Shown here: positions 39,091 through 60,238 of the stretch, one piece after another | Numbering within the stretch: position 1 is the first letter of the stretch | How the letters are laid out: the number at the start of each line of letters is the position of its first letter | Assembly: GCA_039621445.1 (NCBI GenBank) | Contig: CP154954.1 | Location: 16,138,140 to 16,202,139 of the forward strand | DNA from: Euglena gracilis | Taxonomy: Eukaryota | Direction of reading: 5' to 3' | DNA length: 64,000 nt | Program-made: the position numbers and the translations under genes | Notes under the pieces: generated by a model | Told to the model about the DNA's origin: nothing | The model's input: only the letters and a program-made list of their open reading frames with translations | The model's database searches: none

Positions 39091-39930
39091 CTAGAATCCA
39101 CTGAAAATCATTGTGTTCACGGCACACAGCAGGAGAAAGACGAAACAAACAGTCCTGAGTCTGCGGATTGGGAGCGTCCACGCTTTTTCATCCAGCAGGC
39201 ACAATGCGTTGTTGGTGATGCAGCACGAAGTCTGCCAGACTGACTGCACCAGGCGCCTGGCCACAAGCGGGATGCAGCACAGCTCACCCCCCCACAGAGG
39301 GGACTTTGGGTACTCCGGGATGGCCAGCAGGGTTGGCTGCACGATGTCCACGATGGCAGTGCAGTCCTGGGTGTGGATGGTTTTGAAAGGGTTGGACAGT
39401 ATCTGGTGCTTCCAGAAGTTGTCGTACCACAGCACGCAGGCTTTCCCCGCCATCTGCTGCTGCAGTTCCACCACACATCCGTCCGCTCGCTCCTCGTGAC
39501 CACCGATTTCAGTCAGGCTCAGTCGGGTGGATGCTGCTGGGACTCAGGTATCTGCTGATAGACTCCTTCATCTGCACTGGCCGTCCTCAGGGGCCATGAT
39601 AGGCTGCTGCACCATACGGCAATTGTGGTGGCGCACTCTGCGGTACAGGACCTGGGCATCCCGCAGCAGCAACTCTGTCCGGTGGAGTCACGGCTGCCAT
39701 CACAACCCCACCAGCAGGTGCTCCCAGCAGGCGCCGTTGGTAATCCGCAGGACCCGGGTGGGCATCTGGATGATTACGTTCAGCAGGGGTCATCTGGGCA
39801 TTGGCCACGAACACCTCACAGCTCTCCACGTAGTGGTCCTGGACGCATTTGCCCAGGATCTTCCCCATTTTGGCAGAGGCAGTAGGCCACATACCACGAC
39901 GGCGGGACTGGCTGCCTTGCGACATCATTA
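39091..39930 (-). pseudogene. Right-arm homologue of the VLWYDNFWK ORF remnant (no Tc1 insertion)
   Basis: ORF 39091..39474 reads CVLWYDNFWKHQILSNPFKTIHTQDCTAIVDIVQPTLLAIPEYP; ORF 39587..39949 matches 23846..24100. Confidence 0.5.
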
Positions 39931-41239
39931 CCGAATTTGCAGTGCCCAAACAGCAAGTAGTTCAGTGTGTTAGTTTAACAATTGTATATTCTTATTAGAA
40001 TGTTTGTGGTATGTTCTTTGCGCAATTGCGCAAAGGAACATGGATTTTATCGCATCAGAGAACTTTTGCCGACACAACAGAATAAGAGTGTTCGACTTGG
40101 CACCATCTCAGCTTAATTTGCATGATGGGACAATTACTCAGGATGCGTGGAAAAAAATCTACTCGTTGCAACCCCAAATAATGATTTTAACAACAGAAGC
40201 TCGAGCATTTTGACAAAACAGTGGTGGAGTACACGTGCCAGGTTTCAAAGGGTGCCGGATGGTTTGCAGTCAAGATTGGACGTGGCACCAGGTGAGTCGT
40301 GCAGCATTTCCGCAGTGGTTCAGTTGCAAATGAATAGTCAGTCTGTTCAACCCAGCTTTTAGTGAAAGAAGAAACCCATTGCTGTTCTGATCGCATCCCG
40401 TAATTGTGAGGCCAATGAAACAGAAAGTTGTTTTTTTCTTGCTCTTCACCCACGCACTATGCATAAGCTCCTTTGATCCTCCTGCAACAGACACAGAATC
40501 GATGCCAGTGTAAGGTCCAAATTGTGACACCGTCAAAATCGCCCACCCCCTGCCATGCCACCCCGTGCCACCCCCTGCCCCCCTGGGGGAAGGTTCAAGC
40601 TTCCTTGAAAAATTTTGGAAGGGTCATTCGTCAATGAAGAGGCAATACACAACACAACAACAGAAAATAGACGCCGGCACACTAGCGTTGAGGCAGAAGT
40701 TGACACCATCCCAGCTCAAGCTAGGTCAGGTATTTTGATTCGTCTACACTATGCTGCAGCTCCGACAGCGCCTGGGTTGAGTAGTTCTGCAATAAAATTG
40801 GCTAGGTGCTCCTGACCTCCCCCACTGGTACAGGTAAGCACTTTTTTTTTTATAACAGGACGAACCCCCCCCGGGGGTTGCTCTGGGCAGGCAGAGGGGT
40901 AGGGCACTTTCGGGGTTAGGTTTTGGGGTGGGTTGTGCTATCGCAACCCCCCAGCCCGGAATTTCCCATCCCCCCCCCCCTAATTTTTCCCTGTGGGGAT
41001 GTAGCTTACACCTGGTCCAGTGGAGAGCTGCTGTACAATGTTCAACCCCTCCCTGACGCGCGGCTCATTCACATGCATGCCTGTCATGGCCCTGTTATAT
41101 GTTTTCTCTCCCATGCCTTTTAAGCGCCCTCCTTCCTTTCAACCAGACCTGAAATGGGGGTGGCGGTGGGCGGTTTTGCAGAAAAAATGTCCGTGAGGTT
41201 TTTTTACCAACCCATTCAGGGTTGAAGTTGTAAAGTTGA

Positions 41240-41690
41240 AGCAAGGGAATGATGCAGAATTTCCAAATTTTTGGTGCTTGGTTGCAGAAAGACGCTTCTA
41301 GAAATGCGTCGAAGAATTGACTGCCACCACCTTCTCAGTAAGCTGTCATGACCGAAAACCTGTCAGCAGCCCACCAGCGAAACTGCCAGGTCCCCAGGTA
41401 CTGGCCAACATGTCGAGGTCAAAATTCAATGAAGTTCCTTTGAAAGAATCTGAGGTTGGATTCCCCCAGGGATCCTATATTCTTCCCTCCATATTCGCCA
41501 ACCTGTCTTTATTGGGGGCACCTGTCCTTCTCTCCCCGCACCTTGTCTCCGAACGATTGTTTGAAATCTTTCACTTTTTTCTTGTCGAAGAAGCAGATTC
41601 CTGAGTTGAAAAAAACTCCGAACATTGCTTTCAAGCTTATCCCAAACTTGCGAAAAATTTTGTTGTCGGACTTTCTTTCTGCCGGCGGTC
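41240..41690 (+). pseudogene. Exon-like remnants of an unidentified, heavily fragmented gene carried in the duplicated arms
   Basis: The peptides AEFPKFWSLVAERCFQKWVEEL... and LSPNDCLKIFTFFLKKQIPELKKT.NIAFKLI.NLRKI recur in three copies (11445..12008-, 22176..22550-, 41317/41456+) with scattered lesions. No recognisable family. Confidence 0.3.
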
Positions 41691-42883
41691 GAAGTCTTTT
41701 TGACTTTTTTTTTCCCTCTTACCCAGCCCCACCCCCCCCCCTCCGTATTTGCCGACCTGCCTCCTACATCGGTGCTTGCTGATTTGTCCGGGGACAGTTT
41801 CCGGGGTGGGGAGGCTGGGTGAAGGTGGAACCAAGGGGCAGGAAAGGATGGCGTGAGATCCTCCCAACGCTTTCCAGCTTGCTGAGGCTTGCTTCCTCAG
41901 GCTGTCTGCGAGCCCACCCACCCTGGGGTGTATTTTCTCAACTGGGTATTTTCACGTGAGGGAGGTGGCTGACCGAGTTTTTTTTTTAAATCCCTGAGCG
42001 ACTGACTCGTTTGTCACCCTCCCCCATGCTGAAGTGATGGCTTCTGTCTGCGGGAATTTTTTTATCCATTGTTTTGGTTTGAACTGAAACACGTCAGGAC
42101 ATTAACGTGGGCCAGAAAAATGACTGCTGAAAATTTGAACAACTGGATGCTCCCACAGCCAAATTTATTATCAGGCTCGACATTAAGGTGCAAGCCTTCA
42201 TTTACTGGCGTCTTATTGGCTGCATTTCACCCATATTTTGGCGTTCAAATTTCAAGGGGTAGAAGGTGCAACTGGGGGGGGGGTGCCTCCCTGGCAGCAC
42301 CCGGAATTCTGATCCTCACCCCAGGGTTGGTCAGAATCAAGCTCCTGGGCTCCACCTGAGGCACACTGAGGGGTTTGCTACAGCACCATTGTGCCTCAGA
42401 AATTGTGCATGTATTTGGCACTGAATTTCCAACTGCCTCCGGGTTCCGGGTTGGCCCAGTCGACTGAGTCTGGATTGCCCGGCACCCAACACCACCCCCT
42501 GCCCCCCAAACCCAGGTCAAGCACCCCCCTGCCCAACGGTCTGGAGCCTGCCCTGCGCAGCCAAACCCGGGCCTCAGTGGCCTGGTTAGGATTAACTGGC
42601 GTGGGGTTCCCGCCTAGCGGGCACTTCGCAGCCCTCTCGCCTGCAGTCACCACACACACAGTCGCACAGTTTGGCCCCTTGGCCAATTGTGACTCGGTCA
42701 ACTCACACCACAGGCAGAGAGAGAGGATGGCAGGGTTGCTTCTCCAGATTGCAAAATGCTGTCTCCTGGCCTGAAACCCCCCCCTTGTGGATGGCACGGC
42801 CGGTGGTTTTTTAACGCTTTTGCTGCACCAACTGTCCCCTTGTCTGGACTGTTGACAGTGTTTGGTTTTCCTGGATTTGCTCT

Positions 42884-50560
<7,677 letters not shown>

Positions 50561-51498
50561 CCAGGTGGCTTTGTGTAGCTGTTCCACCACACTGGAATGA
50601 CCAGCCCAAGGCACCTCTCGGCCCACACTCTGTGGCGGTAGATCTTCTGGCTTTCTGAAAAGCTTAAGAGTGATGGAAAGGAGGATACCCACCCATCAAT
50701 CGTCCAGACTTGAAATTTTTGGCTTCTGGAACGTTGTTTTGACAGAAAGGGGACTGTCATAACCTTAGAGATGATTGTTCAGCTGGATCTTTGGCACATA
50801 TATCACCCCTCTGGAGGCGCATCCCTCCCGACCAAGCACGTTTGATGATGCAGCATCTCCCAAGCTTGGGCCAAAGCTTGGGTTCTGTTGCAGGCGGCAG
50901 GGTGAGGACCGGTTTTTTTTTTCCTGTCAACGTTCGATATTTTAAGCCATTTTCACCACTTTTGGCCGTTTTTTGTTCATTTTTGGCTATTTTTGGCCTT
51001 TGTCGTTCTTTTTTTTTTGACCCATTTTCGGCCATTTTTGGGGGCATTTTTTTTTTGGCATTTTTAGCCTTTTTTTGGCTGATTTTAGATATATTTGGCC
51101 CTTTGGGCGCCTTTGACCATTTTGGCAGATTTTGGCTACTTTTGGCTGCTTATAGTTGTTGATCCATAATATGGATCTACATATTTGTCCCTAAAATGGC
51201 CAAAATGGGTTAAAAGTGGCCAAAGGAAAACGTGGCCAAAAAATGCACCAAAAGTGGCCAAAACGCCAATAGTGGCCAAAAGCAATCGAAAATGGCCGAA
51301 AGAGGCCCTGAATATTTTCCAGGAAGCAGGTGCCCGAAACTTGCATTTTCCCTTATTTTGGCATTTTTTTTTGAAAAAATACAAGTTCCAAAGTTCCAAA
51401 AATGGTAGAAACCGCGAAGACCTTGTTGTAGACCTTGCCCCCTCCCCGCCACCATTCGCTTACCTTGAAAGTATTTACCAGGGTGATTTATGGCTGAT

Positions 51499-51534
<36 letters not shown>

Positions 51535-53939
51535 TCATTTGTGGAAACTGAGCCTTGCGCCTCTGAGCCCCTGGTTGCACCAGCGAAAGATATTTTCACA
51601 TTGCGCATGTCGCACTGGTTGACGGGGAGCCTTGCCGTCGCTTATTTTGTATACATGTCTGCCGCCAGCTGCCCTCTGGCTTATCTGGGGCACCGTTTCC
51701 CTGACAACGACACCACACATATTTTTAAAGCGACTTGCAAAAAGGCTGTTTTTTTTTTCAAATCCCCAGGAACGGAACACAAGTTCAACGTTTGAACGAC
51801 TTCAAGACTTCAACGGTTCCTGTTTATCAAAAATTCAAAAACGGTGAAATTCATGACACACACACACGCACACACAGACACACACACACACACACACACT
51901 TGATGCTTTTTGCGGCTTTGGCAGCATCGAGACCACATCAACACAGACTTTGCATGAAATGGCTGACAGGACCATCGGCCAGTCTAGCCAAATTTTGCTT
52001 CTTGCTGTCCCCCCGAGCGCTTGGCCCAGGCCATGAAGGAAGGTAAGGCCAGGGGGCCAACCTTAGGGGGGGCCAAGTTTGCATGTGAAGAACATTGGCA
52101 GCCATGTGCAAAATGCCATCTCTACAGAGGCCAAGTTTGCATGTAAGGAGGAGGGTGGCCAAACGCACGGGGGGGGAGGGGTACTGTGCATCCGGCACAT
52201 TTTCTTCAAAACAATTGGGTGGGTGTCTCAACTGGCAGATATCCGATGCTCCCCTCCAGGCGAGCAACCTTCAGTGCCAAAGCAATCCAACGGTGTTTTC
52301 AAAAGGACAACAGCCTGCAAGCAACGCCATCCCCAACCTCGATTGTCCTCGAGGTCCCAGGGCTTTCACCGTGGCTGCGAGAAGAAGTCGTGGATGGTTT
52401 AAAAAAGGTGTCACGAAACTGCTTGATCCTGATGTCAATCTTGATGCCAACAAAGTCATACGATTCCTCACTGCCTAACCTATCACCCCCCCACCACCAA
52501 GGGTGATTACAGATTAACAGGTTGGTTTTTTTTTGAGCTCTACACCCCCCAGGGGAGGCCAGATGACCGAAAGTGACACCGGTGGCCCAACGAAACTTTT
52601 TCCCAACAAACACCCCCTATCTTCGACCACAAATGTCATATACTGGAAAAATTGGCACCCCACTAGCCTTTGTGGGGGGGGTGGGGGCTGTGTGGGGGGG
52701 GGGGGGCGGGGGGGGGGTTGGGATAAACCCGAAAGTTTCGGGTGCATTTTCGGAATCACTGTGAAATGTGCTTCCTTAAGTGGGGGTAATAAGTAGTGGG
52801 ACGTCCTACAAGAACTATCTAGTGGGACAGGCAAAAAATTTTTTTTGTTCAAAATGTCCAATGGTCCTGCACAAGTGCAGGATCATTTTAAAATCCCTCC
52901 CCAGGAACCAAAAACAATTTTCCGGCGCTTCTCGCCGGGAAAATGAAATTATCTCCGTATGTTTTGACCAATTTTTCAAAAAGTGCGCTTTTTTGGCCTT
53001 TTTCAAGGCCCAGTTTTTTTTTTCTGGTGCAAAGAGCTGTACTTTTTTTTGTACAGTGGGCTGGAGGGTCCGACCCACACACGCTCCAGTCCTACCCCTG
53101 TCCCCGCTCATTTTTTTTCCCCTGCCCTTCCCCGGTGACACATTTGTGGCTTGTGTTCTGCAGTACTCGCAGTTGCAGGCGCGGGCCAAGCCCCGGGACC
53201 ATTCTGTTGGCGTTCCCATCCGATGAAGCAAGGGCCCCAATTTTTCGCGCTCTTGTTTTTGTAGCGCCTTGGAAGCTATAACGCTTCCAAGCTCTATAGC
53301 TCGGAAGCTCTGCAAGCTTTGCGAGTCGCGTGTCGCTTGTCCTCTGCGTTGCGTGTGTAATAGCTTTGGCTCTCGCGTCTGCGGGCCAAGACTCGATCGC
53401 CCGCCCCACAGGTTCCTTGCATGGCTTGGCTGGAAATCCTTGGGTGCTGGTACCCCCCCCCCCCCTAGGCACTTGCCCCTCCCCCCCCCCCGGGCGCTTG
53501 GCCCCCCTCCTCCTCACATGCAATCTTGACCTCCCTAAACTTCAGCCTTAATTTGCAACTTTGCGCCCAATTTTCGGGCGCTTTGGCTTATTTTTCGTAT
53601 GGTTGGCACCCTGGCCTAACGTTCAATTGAGTCCAGGGCGCCTGGGGGGGGGGCAACCACCTTCGATGGTGCAGGGCGATGCAGTAATTGTGGAGTGTAA
53701 GGTGAGGTTCTTGATTTTGGGGATGCACGGCAATGCAAGGCGATGTCGGCATTTTTTTGGCTATTGTTTGGCCTTTTCAGCCATTTTGTCCACATTCGGC
53801 CACACTGTTTTTAGCCGCTTTGGCCGCTTTTGGTCATTTTTGAACCTTTTTTTGGTCATTTGAGGTCTTTTTTGATTTGATTTTGATTTCAGGTTTATGG
53901 ATCGTTTGGACGAATCGTAACAGGCATATGGGGGCGAAC

Positions 53940-54698
53940 CAGGGGGGGGAGAAAATCGCACCGTGCAATTTTTTTTTCAATTTTGTGCAATTTTCGATTT
54001 TCCTGAAATGTGCAATTTTTTTTTGCAATTTTGTGCAATTAATTGCACATGGCCCAGGATATTTTTTTTGGAAAATGTCAGTTTTTGATGCAATTGAGAA
54101 CTTACCGGTTTTTTTTTGCTGGGAAACTGATGTGCGTAGTGAAAATTTCCGTTCAAAGGCTGTTTATTGTTGGTTTACTCAGTGTGCAAACCCTAGCTTG
54201 AGTCCCCTGCCCAGGTGTCTTTGATAATTTCTCAACCTGCCCCGAGCAGGTATTGCACCGGCAGGGAGGGAACTATTTGTCGAGCATTTCCGCCCCATTG
54301 CAGCCTCTATGTATGACATGTTGCGTCTTCCGCTGGATGATGAACGAATTCAGGATAAGTGGCGTAAGCATTGCCGCATATTGCCACGGCTGATTGTGTT
54401 GCAACTGCCTGTCCACTATGATGCTATTCAATGGTGACATTGAAGGCCGCTTTGTCTGACTGCGGCGGACTGCTGTCCAACAGGCTTCACTTGTTTTGCT
54501 GTGCCGCGCTGTCATTTCTGGATGTTCTTGACAATAGATCAAGATGATTCTCCCAATAGGTGCGTGTGTGCATGCTCGTTACAAGGGATCCAATGTAATC
54601 TCGTAGTATGTGCAATTTTGTGCAATTTTCTGCATTTTGTTCCTTTTTTTGCACTGCAATTTTTGACCCCCCGATGTGCAACCCCCCCCCCCCCCATG
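53940..54698 (+). mobile_element. Deleted derivative of a related 7-bp-TSD hAT subfamily
   Basis: Ends CAGGGGGGGG / CCCCCCATG; flanks GGCGAAC / GGGGAAC (7 bp, 1 mismatch). Internal + strand remnants LRLPLDDERIQDKWRKHC and MLFNGDIEGRFV* (~54320-54460) resemble LSFPMNDAEFQGDWQRYC and LMFNGDLEGRFA* of the 14613 transposase. Confidence 0.75.
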
Positions 54699-55283
54699 GG
54701 GGAACCATTCAGGCTGTCTTTCTGTTGACACAGGGACTGGGGTACAACTTTGCAATGGTCAACAGAGAGTTTTTTTGGGAAAAGAAATGTTGGCAGTATC
54801 TTGGCAAATTAATTTTATGCCAACGATTTGAAGAGGGAACCAGCAGCACCGACCCAACAAGGTGGTGGAGGCAACTATCCCCTCAGACCAAAGCGTTGCC
54901 CCCCCCCCCCCGGGTGGCAACACTTGTTGGGGCCACAATGGATGGCCAAGTATGCACGGTAAGAATTTCGGGGCTGTGCACAAATTGGTGCATAATATTA
55001 TAATTTTGGGGCCAAGGTTGCAAGTTGTGGCTGCAGGCCAACTTTAACAAGGCCAAGTTAAAAAGGGGAAAAAAAGACAAGTGGTGTAACGGCCTGCAGT
55101 GCCACTGGCAGTGCCACCGCATTTCACCCCACACCTGCCTCCAGGGGACAGATGGGTTTTCAAGAACCAGGGGGTGGGGGCGGGGGAGGTGCACCATGGG
55201 CCAGTCTGTCCCGACCGAAGGCCAGACCGGAACTTTTTTGAAAGACTTCCAGCCGAATTTTTGTTTGGTGGGAGGGTGGACCC

Positions 55284-55989
55284 CAGGATTTGATACAAGG
55301 AGGGCGTACATAGTTTAGGTGCAGGGGTGTCCCCCCCCCCCTCCTGGCCCGCAGGGGGGTCCGGACCCCCCCCACCTGCCAGGGGGGTCTGGACCGACCC
55401 TGGGGGGGTACCCGGGACCCCCCCAAAAAGGGTCAATTTTTTTCCTCCGGCACTTTGCGCCGAAAATTTTTTGCATTTTTGGCAAATTTTTGCCCAAAAA
55501 GTGCCCAAAATGGCACTTTGGGTCGTTTTGGGGTATCAAAAATTTTCGGCCCGGCGCTTTGCGCCGGGCTGAAATTCGGTCACCTGGACCGCGCTACTGT
55601 TTAGGTGGGGGGTGTCCCCCCCCCCTCCTGGTCCGCGGGGGGGGGGTCCGGACCAGACAATTGCTTAAGCACTAAGCACTGACCGACCCCCCCCCGGGGG
55701 GGTGGGTGACTGGTTTTTTCAGAGTGACTGACTGGTTTTTGGCCCGGACCCCTCCCCCCCGGGGGGGGGTCGGCCAGGAGTGGGCAAAAGTGGCTTGAGT
55801 GACCCCGAGGCGCCAAAGGCGCCGGAAAATTTTTTTGGGCCTAAAATGACCTAAAGTGACTGGAAAGTGGCCGTTTTTCTGAGTGGCCGACCCCCCCCCC
55901 CGGGGGGTGGAGTGCCCCCCCCCCTCCCCGGGGGTTGGTGAGCAATTGTATGGTCCGGACCCCCCCACCTGTCCTTATATCAAACCCTG
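55284..55989. mobile_element. hAT-type MITE, 8-bp TSD, composite interior
   Basis: Ends CAGGATTTGATACAAGGA / TCCTTATATCAAACCCTG; perfect TSD GTGGACCC at 55276-55283 and 55990-55997. Confidence 0.85.
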
Positions 55990-57755
55990 GTGGACCCCCT
56001 CCCCAATTGCCAGGGTGGTTGAGCAATTTTTTGTGGATCCGCCCTCCCTTCTGGGGTTCTGGGGGTCGCCAGCTGGGGAATGATTTGCGAGCTAGGGGCT
56101 TCCTGCTTTTGAAACCACCTTTCCTGATAAAGGTTGTACTGAGCTTGAATCTCCCTGGACCCCAGTTCATGAGTTTCATCCCCAGTTGTGGAAATTTTGG
56201 AAGTTCTCCACCTTATCCCGTCCACGCCATGTTGTTGACACTCACCCCTTTCCCTGTTATTTGCTGTTTTCATTATTGTTATCATTCCTTTGCACCCACA
56301 CCCCCGTGTCAAAGCGACATTCCTGGAGTAATCAAACCGCATCAAAGGTTTCAAAGTTAATTAAGTTTGTGTTTTTACAGCTCGGCAATAAACCAAAGTC
56401 CCATTAAACATATCGTCTTTTTTCAAAAACAAATGAGTTTTTGTGGTTTTGACTTCTTCTTTTTGAAGGGGAAAAAGGGAGGTTTCTCATTCCGTTTTAT
56501 GGTCCATCTTTCCAACTCGTACTTCCTCTTTGTGCGGGCAACACCACTCTGATTCATATTTTCCAATGCTTGATTGGCGGGCCAATGCGGTTTGGGGCTG
56601 GCAAGGCGGCAGTCATTGGAAAATGATTTGCCAGCCAGGGAGTGTTCTGTGGTGTTCACTGAACCGACTCCTCTCACAACAAGCAAAACTGCTGTTGGAA
56701 GTGCCAAGAATCCGAACTGACCTCACCCCAGTTCCCCATAAGCGCAGCTCAACCCGCTTTTTTTTCTGCCCATCTGTGTGGAAGGGTCCAGGCATTTGAT
56801 GTGCAGGTATCTCCGCTGCCCCCTTGTTTGGCAGCCTCTCCTCCTTACATGCAAACTCGTTGGCCTTCGGCCTTAACTTGCGACCTTGCCCCCCCCCCCT
56901 TTAATGTTCTTGGCCAATTTTGAATTTTGTGCTGGACTGCTGAAATTCTTAATATGCAATTTGGTCCCCTAAAGTTGGCACCCCAGCTTTGCCGTCAATC
57001 GTGGAGGAACATTCAATCCAGTCGTGTGACAGTTTCATCCAATCAATTGTGTGTGTTTGGAACTAGCCAGGAGGAGACTAACGGGAGAAAGCGTCCTCAC
57101 AAAATGCATTGTGCTTGCACACGGGGTCCTCCGCAATTTGCATTGATGTCCCATTCCTGACCCACCCACAAATAGAAGAACGGGTGCGCTCGTAGTGGAC
57201 CGGCGGTGGGGGGGTGCATTTTTATGTGGACACTGCGCTTGCAGGACCCTGTGCTTCTTTTAAGGGAGGTTATGCCCCCGAGGGGGGGACATGGTTGAGG
57301 CGATGTGTTTCGGAGGGGTAATTGAAGCATTAAGGCAGGGTTGGGGGTGGGAGGCATAATCCTCCATAATCCCGCATAATTTGCATAGTTTTTGCAATAA
57401 CTTTAACAACAACAACAACCACAGCAACAACAACAACAACAACCACAACAACAACAACAACTTTGCATATAATCTGCATGATAATTTTTCAGGGGACAAC
57501 AAGAAAAGGGCTGGAAAGCATTTGAGAAGATTGCTGTCTGCCAAAATTGACCCAAAGGGAATTCCCCAGCCCTTTTTTGCATTTTCGGATTTTTTGCACA
57601 ATGCACATATTTATTATTATTATTATTATTGTTATTTAAGTTTTGGGCCTGTTTTTTTTGCATCAATTGCATCAATTGCATCAATTTTTGTGATTTCCCT
57701 AAATTTACGAAAGGGACTAAAATGATCAAAATTGGTCCAAATCAGTCTAACCCCA

Positions 57756-58150
57756 CCCCCTCATAAGTGCGCACTGCCCTAATTGTGCGCAGTGCCCTAA
57801 TAAGTGCGCACCCCCCAAGGGTCCGAAACTACCTCCCTAAAAAGTGCGCACCCCCCAAAGAAGAAATCATTGTCATATCTCAGGTCGGAAAGCACACACA
57901 ATTCTCAGAACTGTCCTTCTCAGACCAAATATTTCTATCGTCCAAGCCCAAATTTGACACATTTGACACATAATCACTTGACTCATAGCTTGAAATCACA
58001 AAGTTGGGGGGAAAACTGAAAAAGAGTGGGGGTAATGTCAGTATTTTTGGCTTTGCCCTAAAAAGTGCGCACTGCCCTAATAAGTGCGCACCCATGGGGT
58101 CCGAAACTACGTCCTTAAAATGCGCGCACCCGTGCACTTATTAGGGGGGT
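57756..58150. mobile_element. MITE-like element with AAGTGCGCAC subterminal repeats
   Basis: Inverted ends ACCCCCTCATAAGTGCGC / GTGCACTTATTAGGGGGGT; repeated GCCCTAA-AAGTGCGCAC modules; TSD not resolved. Confidence 0.55.
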
Positions 58151-59073
58151 TTAAAACATGTGGATTGTGCAGAATTCTGCAAAATAATTGGAAGGCAAAA
58201 TAAGAATAATAACCCCCCCACAAAATAAGACCCAGGTCCACTGTTTCGATTGGTTGCTCAAATCTAATCTTATTTTTGGATGTGCTTTTTTGAATATTTG
58301 CTGTTTACACCAGCACTTCGGGGTCCTGGGAAGGGGATGATGTAAGATTGCGAAAGGTGCCAAAGTGAAAAGGCCAAAGGTGCCGAAAAAGCTATTTGGG
58401 CTGTTGTTGGAGTGTCTGTGGCCTTTTGCAGTCAGTTTCAACAGCTTTGGATCCCCTCCATACTCTTGGCCCCCATAATCTCCACATGCAAATTTGGCCC
58501 AAAAGTTGGCCTTCGGCCGTGCAACCTTGTCCCCCCATTAGGCTTTTTTGGCTTATTTGTCATGGCCTAAATTCTTAACACTCGACTTTCCCCCCAAATT
58601 GCCCTCGGGGCCGTACCTTCATTTGTGGCTCGTGCCAAGCGCCCAGGAAGGGATGGATGGATGAGTTCATTCTCCATTCTCAAACTCAAACTCCATTTGA
58701 GTTTCCTTTGTTTGCTTAATCAACAGTCACAAAAATTTAGTATGTTTTAACGATTCCTTAACTGCAAAAATGAATTTGACAGAATTTGACAGGAAATTTT
58801 AGGTTTTGTTTTCTTTTTATTTATTTATTTTATATCATTTCATTTTACTTTACTTTACTTTATTTTATTTTTGCCAATTGCCTTTCCTTCATTTTTGAAT
58901 TTCTTTTAGCCAACAAATTGCATTTGTCGAAGTCAGAGCGCAATTTTTTTTTGGAATTCATACCTGTCGAATTCCCATTCTTTGTGTTTTTTGTGGCTTT
59001 ATTTGTTTATTTGCGTTTTGTTCTGTTGCATTTGTTGAGACTCCAGTTGAAGCGCAACCCCCCCCCACAGTTA

Positions 59074-59405
59074 CCTCCCCCCCCCCTTGTCGTTGACACG
59101 GCGTGTCGTTGACACACCCCCCGTGTCAACGACACTTTCCTGGAACATATTTTTTCTTTTGCGTTGACCACAGTTTCTGACAAATTTCAGCCAGGACATT
59201 TCAAAAATGGGTTGAATCTTCTTTCCAGCCATGGCTTTGAATGTCATCCCCATTCGCACCGGCCACAGTGTGGCGGACATGCATTCACGGGGTCATTCAT
59301 TGTTACTGGTGCGGTCGATTTTTTTTTAGGTGCTGTGTCGTTGACACGGCGTGTCAACGACACTTTTCTGGAACATTGGCGTGTCAACGACAAGGGGGGG
59401 GGAGG
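59074..59405. mobile_element. Tc1/mariner/pogo-type MITE, TA TSD (related to 31836-32248)
   Basis: TIR CCTCCCCCCCCC(CC)TTGTCGTTGACACG; TA on both sides. Fragments of the family also occur at ~32410-32500, 34200-34250, 36025-36070 and 37200-37245. Confidence 0.83.
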
Positions 59406-60238
59406 TATGAACCACACATTTAAGGTGTCCACGTATGGTCTACATCGCTCAGCTTGGGGGGGATGCACCATCGCTCAGCTTGGGGGGGATGCACCCCTCC
59501 TTGGTCATTGATATCATGTTTGGCAGATGTCGATCGGTTTCAATGGCAGTCAATGGCAGTCAATTAGTTTCAATGCCCTGTAGCAGGTGTACGTACAGAA
59601 TGCACATAGTTACCAAAGGCGTTTTTTTAAAAAAAAATTGGTGCCCGGTGCTGGAAGGGGGTTTTTTTTTCTCCTGTTTTTGGGACAAAGCCCGAATTTT
59701 CGACCCATCATCGAAAATCAACTCACAGAAGAGGTCGCCGAAGGGGAAGCCCTCCCGCCCCCCAGGCCCAGGGGTTATACCCCCCCCCCCCAGGAGGAGA
59801 ACTGAAAGCCACCGGGGACAATTTTTTCGGCTGCAAACCACCCAAAAACTGATTTTTTATCATTGTCTTGAGACCTACCATTATCAAAAATGTCATTTTG
59901 ACCAAATTTGCCGAAAATTTCGTTGTTGGCGTTTTGTCTGTTTGTCTTTTTTTTTTGCTGCGGCTGCCTCCACCAAAGCCAAAAGCGGGTTCTCGCCGTC
60001 CTCTCCAAACCCCAATGCATATATATCAAGGAAGTTTATTACTATTTCAAACCGAGCCTGCTTTGGTGGGAGCGGTCGGGGAGAGCGGCCTGCTCGCTTC
60101 TGATTTGGGGCATTCTTTGGTTTCCAGTTTAACCAGCACCTTTTTTATTGACCCCCGGGTCCCTCAGCAATCCTCTGACTCATTTCATTTAGGCTTTTGA
60201 TGGGTTACACAACTCAAAGCATATCAGCAGGACAGAAC

